Source of the DNA: Mobula hypostoma
Lineage: Eukaryota
NCBI RefSeq assembly: GCF_963921235.1
Contig: NC_086097.1
Span: 40,984,001-41,048,000, forward strand
DNA: 64,000 nt
Reading direction: 5' to 3'
This document shows, piece by piece, positions 25,221 to 38,380 of this stretch. How positions within the stretch are numbered: the stretch's first letter is position 1; every line of letters begins with the position of its first letter. A model generated the notes under the pieces. That model was not told the DNA's origin. It saw only the letters and a list, made by a program, of their open reading frames with translations, and ran no database searches. The position numbers and the translations under genes were made by a program.

Positions 25221-26756
25221 TCTTCACCCTGCAGAACCTGCGTAACAGTTAAAAGGCAGAGCCAAGTTTAAGTGACTATGGAAGGCCAAGATGAGTTACT
25301 TGCAAATAATCTCTCTCTCTGACGCTCTCTGTGGCAGCATTATTAGTAAGAAAACAGGCTGATGCTTCAGGCAGGATGACCATCATATACCACAATGCAC
25401 CAGCCACCCTGATTATTACCAACGGGGAAGATAAATAATGACATTCACTCCCTGCAGGCCAGATCACCCCACCGAGGAATCAGTGCTAAAAATAGACCAG
25501 AGATGATCAGCTTCGTATCAGCTCTTTCCCGGGGACTTCCAATGAGCAAGGCCATTTATTGCTTTTCCTAAAAATCAATATTGAACAGTACCAATGGTGT
25601 AACAGAAAACTAATAACACTTCACTGAAATTATTTGAAGATGTTCAGTAGATTAAAAAGGAACGCAGGGTGTCTATTGACTCTTATTGGTTGCTATTGTA
25701 TAAATGTATAGCGTTCATAAATATATGGGTACAGCTTTAAAAATATCGCAAAGGGGATAGTAGTTAAAATAAAGACCAAGCCAATGTGTAAAACACATTT
25801 ACCTGAGACAGGGTAAAGATCCTATTCTAAGTTTTTTCCCACTTTGCATCTTATTCTGATGATCTATACCATGTGTCTATACCTGTCTAAAGATGGTTAC
25901 TGACCCTACAGGAGCAAGTGCATTAGTGAATGGTTTACTGAAATCTGTTTGAGGCTTGGACTTTCCATCTTCAGTATCAGTGATTTTTCAATACTGCTGC
26001 GCAAAGAGATTTTGAAATGGGAACAATTTCAACACAGGAATAAATTTGGCCCATCGGGAACTGTTTCATCTGTTTTCATAACTACCTTGCAAGAAATAAC
26101 TTTGCACTGCAGCCCACTGACACACACCCTGATTAGTATATTTTTAACAAATGACCATGAAATGATATCACGGAACTTATTTTGATCAGCAAGCATGCAC
26201 GTGTATGAACTTGCAGCAACCACTGGTGCCCAACCTGCTCTTGCTCTCAAAGTGGAAGTCAGGGTCATGTTCTCATTTAGAAACTTCGCCTCAGGAACTT
26301 TGCAGGTTGTCTTTGCTGGTAAGTGCCAGCCTTGACACTGATTCAAAGTTAAAGTCAGGAAGGAAACAGCCCTTTCAACCCAAATTGTCCTTACCGACTA
26401 TGATGCTTGTCTGTGCTAATCCTATTTACATCCATCAGTCTGTATCCCAGTACTCATTTCCTGTCCAAGTACCTGAACAAATGTCTCCTTAACATCATAA
26501 TTGTTACTGCCTCTGCAACTTCCTCTCCAGGTCCATGGCCACCTTATACAAGCTATTTGATTCATTTGGATAAGATGTACAACAAAGAAACAATGCAACG
26601 GTTCATGCATTCCTTGTACTCAAAAAACCCATCTTCATCAATAACTAGGTTTAATTTGTGTAGAAACATGTTCAAATTGGTTAACAATACATTACTGTAT
26701 TTTTGTCTAGAGTCATAGTTATAGAACACTACAGCACAGAAATAGACATTTTGGCC

Positions 26757-27099
26757 TTCCTCGTCGTTAGGTCGCATCTGGAATTTCCAGTTGGCGGACG
26801 ATTTCCCTCCATGCCGCTCTGTCCCGACACTTGTCCACAACATCCCTAGTCTTGTCCAGCTTGGTCCAATCCTTGATGCTATCAGGCCACGGTGTTCTTT
26901 ACTGCCTTCTTCCTTTCTTTCTCTCCACCTCTCCATATAGCCTGACAAGATGTTATCTCCCCACATAATGTGTCCACAATAAGCAACCTTTAACTTCATA
27001 ATCTTCTCCAGCAGTATCTGTGGTCTATCAACTTCAGACAAAACCCTCTCATTTGAAACTTTCTCTATGCAGGTGATCTTCAACATCTGTCGATAGACT
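26757..27099 (-). mobile_element. RTE-clade LINE 3' fragment
   Basis: RQMLKITCIEKVSNERVL..KLKVAYCGHIM followed by a G.R..G-type RTE C-terminus; interrupts the CR1 3' UTR. Confidence 0.75.
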
Positions 27100-27825
27100 T
27101 TCTAGTTTGTGCAAATCTATTCATCTGGCTGGTCCCATTGACCTGCGTCTGGATCATAGCCCTCCAAACCTCTCCGATTCATGTATCTATCCAAATTTCT
27201 CTTATATCTTAAATCTTGAAGTTGAACCTGCATCCACAACTTGCGCTGGAAGCTCTTTCCACACTCTTACGACCCTCTGAGTGAAGTTCCCCCTCATGTT
27301 CCCCTTTCACCTTTCACCCTTAACCCATTACCTCTAGTTCTAGTCTCACCCAACCTCAGTGGAAATAGCCTGCTTGAATTTATCCTGTCTATAATTTTGT
27401 ACCCTTCGATTAAATCTCCCCTACATTCTTCTACTCTCTGGGGAATAAAATCCTAACCTATTCAGCCTTTCCTTATAACTCAGGTCATCTAGTCCTGGCA
27501 TTCTCTACACTCTTTCAATCTTCATGACATCTTTCCTGCAGGTAGGTGACCAACACTGCACATAGTACTCCGAATCAGGTCTTACCAATGTCTCAAGCAA
27601 CTTCAACATAACATCCCAACTACTGTACTCAAAACTTTGACTTATGAAGGCCAATATGCCAAAAGCTTTCCTTATGACTCTATCTACCTGTGATGCACTT
27701 TCAAGGAATTATGGATCTGTATACCCAGTTCCCTATGTTCTATCACACTCCTCAGTGACTAAATACTCACCATGTAAACCCTACCCTAGTTTGTCCTTCC
27801 AAAGTGCACCACCTCTCACTTGTCT

Positions 27826-28522
27826 GTATTATACTTTATTGTCGCCAAACAATTGATACTAGAACGTACAATCATCACAGCGATATTTGATTCTGTGCTT
27901 CCCGCTCCCTGGATTACAAATCGATAGTAAATATTAAAAATTTAAATTATAAATCATAAATAGAAAATAGAAAAATGGAAAGTAAGGTAGTGGAAAAAAA
28001 CTGAGAGGCAGGTCTGCATACTTGGAAGGTACAGCCCAGATCCAGGTCAGGATCCGTTCGGCAGTCTTATCACAGTTGGAAAGAAGCTGTTCCCAAATCT
28101 GGCAGTACGAGTCTTCAAGCTCCTGAGCCTTCTCCCGGAGGGAAGAGGGAAGAAAAGTGTGTTGGCTGGGTGGGTTGTGTCCTTGATTATCCTGGCAGCA
28201 CTGCTCCGACAGCGTGCGGTGTAAAGTGAGTCCAAGGACAGAAGATTGGTTTGTGTGATGCGCTGCACCGTGTTCACGATCTTCTGCAGCTTCTTCTGGT
28301 CTTGGACAGGACAACTTCCATACCAGGTTATGATGCACCCTAGAAGAATGCTTTCTACAGTGCATCTATAAAAATTAGTGAGGGTTTTAGGGGACAGGCC
28401 AAATTTCTTTAGTTTTCTCAGGAAGTAAAGGTGCTGGTGGGCCTTCTTGGCAGTGAACTCTGCTTGGTTGGACCAAGTCAAGTCATTTGTGATATTGACC
28501 CCAAGGAACTTAAAGCTTTTGA
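27826..28522 (-). mobile_element. Rex1/Babar-type 3' fragment, well preserved
   Basis: Open ORF 28047-28481 (KKAHQHLYFLRKLKKFGLSPKTLTNFYRCTVESIL..PSGRRLRS..NSFFP); AATAAAG tail. Confidence 0.85.
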
Positions 28523-30245
28523 TCTGTTTTTCAGCCTATTTTTCCAGCTGGTCCAGATCCTGCTGCAAGATTTGATGGTCTTCCTCACTGTCCACACCCA
28601 CTACACCCCCAGTCTTGTTGTCATCTGCAAATTTGTTGACCTGGTTTGCCACATTATCATCCAGATCATTGATATAGATGACAAACAATGGATCCAGCAC
28701 CGATCCCTGTGGCACTCCACTAGTTACAGTCCTCGAGTCAGCAAGGCAACCATCTACTACCACTTGTTGGCTTCTCCCTTGAAGCCAATTTCTAATCCAA
28801 CTTAATACCTCATCTAGAATGCCAAGTGTTTGAACCTTTTTGACTAACCCCTCATGTGGGACCTTATCAAAGGCCTTGCTAAGGTCCTTGTAGACAACAT
28901 TCACTACCTTGTCTTCATCAACTTTTCTGGAAACTTCCTTGAAAAGCTCTATAAAATCAGTTAGACACTAGACACAACCTACCACACGTAAAGCCATATT
29001 GACTCTCTCTAATTTGTCTACCCAAATACATATATATCTGCACCCTCGGAATACCTACCAATAATCTACCTACTACTGATGTCAGGTGCACCGGCCTATA
29101 ATTTCCTGGTTTAGTTTCAGTGACTTTGTTGAACAACGGAAAAACATTAGGTATTTTCCATTCTTCTGGCAACTCACACGTGGCTAAAGATATTTAAAAT
29201 ATCTCTGCTAGGACCCCTGCAGTTTCCGCACTAGCCTCCCAGAGGATCCAAGGGAACACCTTGTCAGGCTCTGGGAACTTATCCACCCTAATTTTCCTCA
29301 AGACATCAAATACCTCCTGCTATTCTGTATATGGTCCTTTGCCTTACTTTTGTAGACTCTGTCCATCTCCCAATTAAATACAGATGCAAAAAATCAGTTT
29401 AAGACCCCCAACATCTCACTCGCGGCTACAATGACCTAATTCAACGCGCTGATCCATGCCCTAAGCTCATCTGTCTTCTGAGCCACAGAGCCCAACACAA
29501 TGTCAAAGACCTGACAGCTGTGGCTTTCCTCTACTAAGTCATTCCCCCCACCAGTATCCAAAGTGGTATACCTTTTGTAGAGCGGAACGGCCACAGGGGT
29601 ACTCAGCACTTACTGCATACCTCCTTTCCTCCTCTTTGTAGTCACTCAGTTACCTGTGTCCCACACCGTAGAAGTAACTTCTTCCCTATATGTCTTATTG
29701 ATCAACCTCTCAAGCCTCCCAAATGATCCAATCAAAAATTCAACATAAGAAAATCTGGCCTTTCAAAAGGAAATTTTTAAAATAAAACTATGCTGGAAAT
29801 AAAAGCTAGAAAACACTGCAGAGACAATGCAGGTAGGTCAGGCAGCTCTGTGGAAAGGGAAACAGAATTAACATTTTGGGTTGAGGACCCGTCAGAGCTG
29901 AAATGTTAAGAGTTTCCCTATCCATGGATGCTGCCTGACCTGATGAGGATTTCCTACATTGTGTGTTTCTCTTTCAAGAGGAAATTGGATAGCGAACTGA
30001 GGAAAAGTAAGTCGTGGTTGCTTTGAAAGAGCTAAACAATGGAGCTGATCAATTACTCCAAGGAGAGGAATCATGGGCTCGGGTCTTTTTCTCTTTTCGG
30101 TGATTCTTTTAACAACTGGTTGTTTGTAGAGCTTCCTCTCAGCACACTAAGCGTTCAGTTTTGATACAAGGTGTGTTCATTACAGTCAGGATGAAGGAGC
30201 ATGTACTTACATTCAGGTTTCTTTCTCTGCTTTTGTATCTCACAG

Positions 30246-30515
30246 CTTCCCCTTCCATCAAGCTGTTGATTCCTGAGCAGATAGTCGTGAACCCTGGAGA
30301 TTCGGTCTCAATGGTATGTGTCACAACCGGAGGGGATCCCCCTCCTACTCTCACCTGGATTAAAGCTATTGGATCTCTTCCTGAGACGAGCGTTCTGAAG
30401 GGAGGGACTTTAACCCTGCACTCGATCAATGCCGAGGAGGCCGGGGCATACAGTTGCCTTGCTAACAACAACGTGGGCAACCCTGCTAAAAAGTCCAGTA
30501 CAATCACTGTAAGAG
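30246..30515 (+). CDS. MDGA2: MDGA2 internal exon, complete Ig domain (Ig3), 270 nt, phase 1 to 1
   Basis: Polypyrimidine tract plus cacAG, donor GTACGT. Translates (A)SPSIKLLIPEQIVVNPGDSVSMVCVTTGGDPPPTLTWIK..GGTLTL..EEAGAYSCLANNNVGNPAKKSSTITVR, with the Ig C..W..YxC pattern. Confidence 0.95.
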
Positions 30516-33369
30516 GTACGTCAACTTGTCAGTTTAAACTAATTCAGTTGAGAACAATACCTCATCATCCGACTGGCTCTTGAGCTTCAGATGGGATGAA
30601 TTGTAAACACAAGAAAATATGCAGATGCTGGAAATCCAAAACTCATGCACGCAAAATGCCGGAGGAACTCAGTGGGCCTGGCAGCACCTGCTGAGTTCCT
30701 CCAGCATTTAATATATGTTGCTTGGGATGGATTGTGACTGGTTTTGGTGCCCATGATCCAGGGAGGGTCATGTTGGTTAAAGGCTGTGTTCCTAGTTGTT
30801 GCCTAACGGCTCCTGCTAAACAAGTCACTGTTTGGGCAAGCAGAGAGAATGGGGGCAGATCCAAATAATGAACATCAAGGTTCGCAAGAATGACCACGTA
30901 ATATGGTGCCCCAGCAGAGCGACTAAGAATAGGGGTGAGAGGGAAAAGTGTGGAGGAGACAGTAGTTCTGTGGGAAGGACATGAAAGCATCTTCTTATAT
31001 CTTTACTCAGGATTAGTCTCCAACATATCATCATGATGCCTCTTGTTTTGAGAAGCAAAATTTCTAGATTTTCAAACAATATCCAATAGGATTAAAATTT
31101 TAACTGATATTCTTGTGCATGTGCATCTCGGTACAGAATTTTCAGTAAAGAAGAGCAGTTTGTAAATGAACCATTTCAAAAAAGGAGATAAGATACAACC
31201 TGTTATACAGACAACCCAATGTAATACACTACTATGACTCTAGCTCCCATCCTTCCCAATCAAAGTGGAATCCATTGTGTGTCCTGTGTTCAGAGTACGG
31301 GCCCTCATATAGACAAGCATTGGCTCAATGCTTTCTATGCAATGACATTGAATATACCGAGGTCTACAAACTGGAAGGCTAGTACGGTGGAAGGTACATG
31401 AAATCTGCAGTCTAGGGAATTGGCATTTCAGAACCTAATGGGATGTATGGAGAGTGGAAAGGCAGCATTTTATGTACAAATGGCCACTCCTGTGGTACCG
31501 GTTAGACTGATGACCCAGCAACTAACATGAAGGCTCCTTTGTAAAATAAAGACACACTGACAGCTTCCACTTGAAGAAGCAGTGTGCAAGTTCCAAAAAC
31601 TTGTTCATTAGGGTGCCCGCTACTTAAGCACCAGATACAGAACAGATGCAATAAGGGAAGCAGGGCACTTCCAGCATTTTCTGTTTTTGACCCAGGATAC
31701 TGGATTGTAAGACAGAATGAACTCAAAGTGTGCTCTCTGTTATAGGTTTTTATTTTTGGCACAAGGTGAAGATGAATCCTGCAATAAACACTGGTGATCT
31801 AAAATCTCCAATAGGTACCCACCTCTGCCTCATTCCTACCAGTAGATTGTGTACAGTATTTACTGTGGGCTGTGCTGTATTGCATTTCTTTGATTTCATG
31901 GAGGGTGTTTTCATGTATTTGTATATTTTCTTAATTGTCAGTTGCAATACTGTCATTTTAATACAGTTTACTTTGACTTATTTGCATGTAATAAATACTG
32001 GTATACTTGTGGAATGTATGGAGGAGCTGCTTGAGGCCCCCACAGCAGCCTCTCACTAGGACTGACTGCAGGCTGCATCATTACTGTCTCAGGTAGTTCT
32101 GTGAGCTATAAGGCACAAAGACAGAAGCAGAAACAGGAGTAGACTGTTTAGCCCTTCTGCACTGCTCTACCCTTCAATAAAATCATGGGAGACCTTTGAC
32201 CTCGTGCCATTTCCTTGCACTAATCCCATACTTCTTAACAATCAGTGATCATTTTGAATGTACAGAAGCTCTACAGTTGCCTTCAGTGGAGAATTCTGAG
32301 AATTCCAACAAATCCCAAACCCCTGGGTGAAGAATTGTCTTTTCATCTCGGTCCTGATTGGTGGATTCGCTTTGATTTTGGAAATCCCAGGCAGGAGAAG
32401 TATGTACAATACCCTGGCAAGCGATTGAAGAATTTGTACGTTTTGATGAGATCACCTCCTATCCAGCTAATCTCTTGAGAGCTAGGCTCACACTGTTTAA
32501 TCTCTCCACAGAACACAAACACCCCTACCTTAGGAATAAACCTATCCAAGAATTAATCTGTCAATTAGAATACTCTTTGCCTAGTCCTTGGTCAACCATC
32601 ACAATCTGCAAATGTGGATGACTAAAGAATCGTTCATTGAAATTAGTTGTGCATTAATAAGCAAAGAAATTGTATTAAAAGGACAAAGTCAGGCAGATCT
32701 GCATTTATATAGTGCTTTCCATAGCCTCAGAATATCCCAAAGAATTTTATATTTACAGCCAATTAAATATTTATTGAAGTGTATGTGCAGGATGCAGAGC
32801 TGTTAACACAGGTAAGCAAGCGGAGATATGATCATAACTGCATCATCTGTTTCCGTCAATGATGCTAGTTGAGGGATAAATACTTGGCCAGAACAATGAG
32901 GAAAACGTCCACATGCTCTTTTTCAGAATAGTGTTGTGGGATGTTTTATGCTTATCTAGCCAAAGCAGGTAGTTTAAAATCTCATTTGAAAGACAAATTC
33001 TAAGAATGCAGATGGGTTTCTGCCTACAGGTTTGTTGCCAGCTCCCAGCGCAAAGTTAGAATCCAAGGGACTCAAGCACAGGAATAACACTGTTGGCATG
33101 AGAGCTACAAGCGGCTTAGATAAATACTGTCACCTGGAAGCACAGGGATCATAAATAATAACTAAACTCAAAGGTTTTGGTTGCTTTTTCATTCATGTAC
33201 CTGTCAGTCAACTCAAAAGTCACTTCAGAAACCTTCACATCATTCTCAAAGGGGCTTGACAGTATCTCTGAAATTTGGGTAATACTGGCAAATCTGTCAG
33301 AAAATTGTGTGGCAGAACTGAAAAGTAATGGTTACAATGCCAGCAATCACTGGTTTCAGTTCCACAGCT

Positions 33370-33615
33370 AGCTGCAAGGAATCTGTATGTTCTGTCTGTG
33401 ACCACAGGGGGTTTCCTATGGTTGCACCAATTTCCTTCCACATTCCAAAGATGTATGGTTAGGGTTAGTAAGCTGTGGTCATGTTGTGTTGGAGTTAGAA
33501 GTGTGACAACACTTCTGGGCTACCTCCAACTCAATCCTCTCTGACTTGATGTGACGCAATTGACGCATGTCACTGCTAGTTTCAATGTACATGTGACAAA
33601 TAAAGCTAATCTTTA
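33370..33615 (+). mobile_element. V-SINE-related fragment with a different tail
   Basis: V-domain-like core (GTATGTTCT..GGTTTCC..TTTCCTTCCACATTCCAAAGA); ends GTGACAAATAAAGCTAATCTTT. Confidence 0.6.
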
Positions 33616-33839
33616 AAATAAAATCCTCAAAACAATTTGGGCCTGCACTGAATTAACGGTGTCCAATGACAGAAAGACAGAGACTTAAAGTGTCTGACAA
33701 AAGACTAAAGACAATGCGAGGAATAGATTTTCACACAGTTTGTGGCTATGATTTGAAATCCACTTCCTGAGAGACTGTTGGGTATTGATTTGACTGAAGC
33801 CTTTAAAAGGAATTTAGGTTATTATTTGCAGGAAATTAG

Positions 33840-35445
33840 ATTAGTATATGACAAAGACTGAAGTACAAGGACTGGCTGGTACAAGGTCAATGGTATATAT
33901 TGTCAAGACTCTCAAAGAATATAAAAGAAACAGAAAAGAACTTAAACAACTAATCAGAAGGGATGGAAGTTCCATGTAATATTCTTGGCAAGTAGGATAA
34001 AGGAAAACCCAAAGCATTTTGTAAATGTATTGAAAGCTAGAGGTTAGCAAGGGGAATATTAGCTCCATTCAATGATGAAGCTGGTGCTTTATGACTGGAG
34101 CCAAAGGGAATAAGTAAGATCCTAAATTATTACTTTTGCATCAATGTTCACAAGGGGGATGAATGATAATGAGATCAAGAAGGAGAATGTTGATATTTTA
34201 GTGCATGTGATACTAAGAAGAGGTGTTGGGAATCTTATAAGTCTGCAGAATCTGACAGGATTCATCCTAGGATACTGAGATAGTCACGGCAGGAAATGAC
34301 TGAATCTGTAATCAAGATCATTGTATCCTCTTTAGCCATAGGCATTATCTCAGAAGATTGGAGAATAGCCACTGTTACTTCTTTGTGTCAGAAAGTCAAT
34401 CATGATAACTCAGCAACGTAGGCAAATGAGTCGTACAATGGTGATAGGTAGCAGTGCAAACATTCGTGTCAAGTATGATGTTCTCCTAAGGGCTCTTCTG
34501 GAGGCAGATCCAGCATCCACATATCCTGGAGCAGTATGGGCATGAGTAACAGTGGCTGTGGTTAGTAGTTGGGTGGCTTGGTTGTTCAGTCTGTCTTTTT
34601 GCACCTGTGGAAGACATAATATTGACAGTGGTAGGCGTATTAGGAATAGTCAGCATGGTGTTGTTTATGATATGGTAAGTTTAGCTTATGGTTTGGTAAG
34701 TCTGTAGATGACACAAAAATTGGCAGTGATATCAACAATGATGAGGAAGGTTGTCAAAGGAGACAGCAGAATGTAGATCAGTTGTAAACTTGGGCAGAAA
34801 AAAGGCAGATGAATTTTAATCTGGAGAAAACTGGGGTATTGCACTTTAGGAGGTCAAGTTCAAGAGTATACAGTGAATGGCAGGACTTGCAGCTACATAA
34901 TCTTTGATTAGGCCATGTTGAGAGTACTGTGTGGAGTTCTGGTGGCAACATTGCAGAAATGATGCAGAGGCTTTGCAGAGGGCGCAGAAGTGATTCACTA
35001 GGACCACCCAGACTGGAGTTCACTTCTTATAAGGAGAGGTTTGACAAATTGAATTTTTTTTCTTTAGAATGTCAGAACTTAAGAAGCAACCTTGTAGAAC
35101 AATGTAAAATTTTGCAAGCTGTAGATAGAGGAGGTAGTTAGAGTCATTTTCCCTAGGAAGGAAATGACAAATACTGAGGGATTTAGCTTTAAGGTGAGAG
35201 GGGGAAAAGTTTAAAGGAGATCTACAATGTCAGATGATTTACACAGAGAATGGCAGATGCCTGGAATACACTGCCAGGGGAACTGGTGGGAGCAGATACA
35301 ACATAAAAGTTCAAGGATATTTAGACAGGCACTTGAACAGGTAGGGAACGGAGAGACATCGACCACACACGGGCAGATGATCACACATCACCACAGGCTG
35401 AAGTAAGGTTCCATGTTGTCTGTGCTGTAAGGTTCTATGTTCTCT
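33840..35445 (+). mobile_element. Old CR1 ORF2 and 3' fragment
   Basis: KENPKAF, EDWRIA, xDDTKI remnants; CR1-type 3' end TGTGCTGTAAGGTTCTATGTTCT. Confidence 0.7.
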
Positions 35446-37040
35446 CCCATGCTATTCCAAAACTCAGATGTAAGAGTGACAAAAGGAAAGAGTGGCATGT
35501 GAAAGCAAGTATGAAGTGAAGGGATTATGCAGAGGTTCTGAGAACAGCAGACCAGGAAGGCAGCAAAAGACAAAAGAAAAATAACAAAATCAAACATCAC
35601 TTTAATTATATCCTTCCAACTCATTAACTGTATTTCGGAGATTCGGCCTTTATTATAAAACATTCTGCACTGGGATTTTATTGGTTGTTACTCTAGTTAC
35701 GGGTGTAGATCATATGTTTGGGAAACAGGAATTGGGTGGACACTATCACATCAGATCTTGTGAATCTATAATGCAGTGAACTTAATATTTAAATGATTAA
35801 ATACTGTACTAGAGTATATTCAACTGGATTTGAATGTCATACAGGATCATTTCCATCTGTTCAATATGGAATTGTTATGTTCACTGGCCTGGATTGGTTT
35901 AATGAAGGTTCACATATAGTAGAAATTAGAAAGGTGAGTGATGAAAGCTAAGCAACAGGATTTGTATTTTTAAGTTTAGAGTGCATTTTGTTCATTTTAA
36001 TTTGTCTCTTCTCTTTTTTTTGTTCTGTGTGTGAGAATTGGAGAGGATATTTATGTTGGCAGTTTCTGGAGAGCTGAACTGAACAATTTGTCAGACTCTA
36101 GCACCACCGTAATATTGAGGTGACATGGGAACTATGAAAACTGATATGTTTAATTTCCTAATACAGTGCCTTCTATTTAATGAACAGATTTTTCACACAA
36201 AGGTTTGTTAACATTCTTTAGAAAACATTATTCTCTTGCATTGTATTATCTAGTGAAAAATCCAGATGAAAATGGTTCCAGTGATCATTAGAAGTTGACT
36301 TCTTCAGTCAATACATGATGAATAGTGTGAAATAGAGAAGCATAATGCTTACAGTAGCTTAACTCAGTGTTAGAACTCCCACCCACCAGTGACCAGCTTC
36401 CTCACTGCACCACTGGAAGTTCAGAATCCTCTGGCCTATCTCTTTGTGGGATATATCAAAAAGTTGAGTTCCATTGTACTCACATATCTGCCCAGTATAT
36501 TGATAATGTACTGGTGCCATTTCTTACTTCTGTGTGGAACATAACAATTCCATCACTTTTTCTACAAACGTCCATCCTTCTACCACTTTCAAATGGTTCA
36601 TCTCTGAATCCTCCTTCCCCAGACTTCTCCCTCCATCTTGGGGGATGGATTTGTGACCAATAACATTACAAGCCCATAGCTACCTTGAGTATTCCTGCTC
36701 CCTGTACACACAGTTTCTCCATTTCTGTTGTACCTGTCTAGTGTTGGTACCCTGCGCAGCTTCCGAGACATTTCTTAATGGCGGTTTCTTCTGTGCCATG
36801 ATTTAAAAGATTTTCACCCACACCCGTTCCATTTCCTACCCTTTCCCTTCAACCCAGAATAAGGATGGCTCTCCTCTTGTCTTCATCCTTCACCCTATCA
36901 CTTTTACAATCAAAAGACTATCCTCCATAATTTCTATTAGATTCAGTATGATGCTACCACCAGGCATATGTTCCCCTGTTTTCCATAAGACCAGAAGACA
37001 AAAGAGCAGAATTAGTCTGCTCTTCTAATCTATCATGGCT

Positions 37041-37075
37041 GATCCTGGATCCCGGATCCCGGATCCCAGATCCCG
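37041..37075. repeat. 7-bp tandem repeat, GATCCCG-like, 5 copies
   Basis: gatcctg gatcccg gatcccg gatccca gatcccg. Confidence 0.9.
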
Positions 37076-37901
37076 CTCAACCCTACACACCTGCCTTCTC
37101 CACATATACTTTGATGCCCTGACCAATCAGGAAACGATCAATGGAAGTCTTAAATATGCCCATAGACTTGGTCTTTACTGCAGTCTGTGGCAGAGCATTC
37201 CACAGATTCACCACTCTCTGGCTAAAACAGTTCCTCCTTATCTCTAAAAGTCTCATCTCAATTTTGAGGCTGTGCCATCTAGTTCTGGATATCCCCATCA
37301 CAGGAAACATCCTCTCCACATCCATCCTATCTAGTCCTTTCAACATTCGGTAAGTTTCAATGGGATCTCCCCACATTCTTCTAAATTCCAGTAAGTATGG
37401 GCCTAAAGCTGCCAAATCCTCCTCATATGTTAACCCCTTCATTCCCCAGAATCATCCTCGTGATCCTCCACTGGACTCTGAACAATGTCAACACATCCTT
37501 TCTGAGATATGGGACCAAAAACTGTTGACAGTACTCCAAGTGCAGCCTGACTAGTCTCTTATAAAGGGTCAGCATTATTTCCTTGCTTTTATGTTCTATT
37601 ACCCTTGAAATAAATCCCAACATTGCATTTGCCTTCTTTACCACAGACTCAACCTGTAAATTAACCTTTTGGGAGTCTTGCATGAGGACTCCCAAGTCCC
37701 TCTGCAGTTCTGATGTTTGAACCTTCTCCCCTTTTAGATAGTAGTCCACGCGATTGTTCCTTTTACCAAAATTCATTATCATACATTTCCCAACACTGTA
37801 TTGCATCTGCCACTATTTTGCCCATTCTTCCAACTTGTCTAAGTCCTGTTGCACTCACATTGCTTCCTCAGCACTACCTGCCCCTCCACCTATCTTCGTA
37901 T

Positions 37902-38380
37902 TGAAACACCCTGGTTTCCTTGACTGCATAAGTCTAGGGAAGACACTCTCAAGTCCCACCAAACGCAAGAGATTGTGACGGCTTGTCCCACCCCAAACAC
38001 CTGTTTGTGTGGATGCTGTGTAATTTGCTACCCCGTTAAGATTAAAGGAATTAAATTTATGAATCTTAACTAAAGGGTTAGTAAAGAAAAACAAAAAGAA
38101 TAGGGCCCATTTTAATTAAACAGTCAAATATGCACAAGTTGTAGCTCATCTGGAACTTCTCTGTCACTCACACACCGGACCCTCGGTCAGTGTGAAACCA
38201 CGCACCACTTTCTGCACGTCGTTCGCAATCCATCTCGAACAAACGGGTCTCCCACTGGGTCGTGCCCTATGATCAGTGTCATCCTTCTTCATCTCCAGCT
38301 AAACTCAAGCCTAAGCGCAACTGAGCTGGCAGATGAAACACCTACAGCATAACAGTACAGCTGTGAAGCAGGGCATTGCA
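37902..38380 (-). repeat. Gypsy 3' LTR (TG..CA, 479 bp)
   Basis: TGAAAC..GGGCATTGCA, adjacent to a C-rich tract at 38381-38399 that is the polypurine tract on the - strand; similar to 43963-44283. Confidence 0.85.

Larger units (their letters stand above)
26705..29730 (-). mobile_element. CR1 LINE, decayed, carrying nested RTE and Rex1 fragments
   Basis: ORF 28536-28904 (KAFDKVPH, SGVPQGSVL, KFADD), ORF 28957-29172 (PEEWK..PGNYRPV), CR1 3' UTR at ~26705-26756 continuing at ~27100. Confidence 0.85.

Noticed and set aside
26562..27086. 174-aa ORF as a host gene
   Set aside because: The N-terminal part is an RTE fragment; the remainder runs through CR1 tail and intron.
30161..30583. 140-aa ORF as a standalone gene
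   Set aside because: Only 30246-30515 is Ig-like and bounded by AG/GT; the rest is intron read-through.
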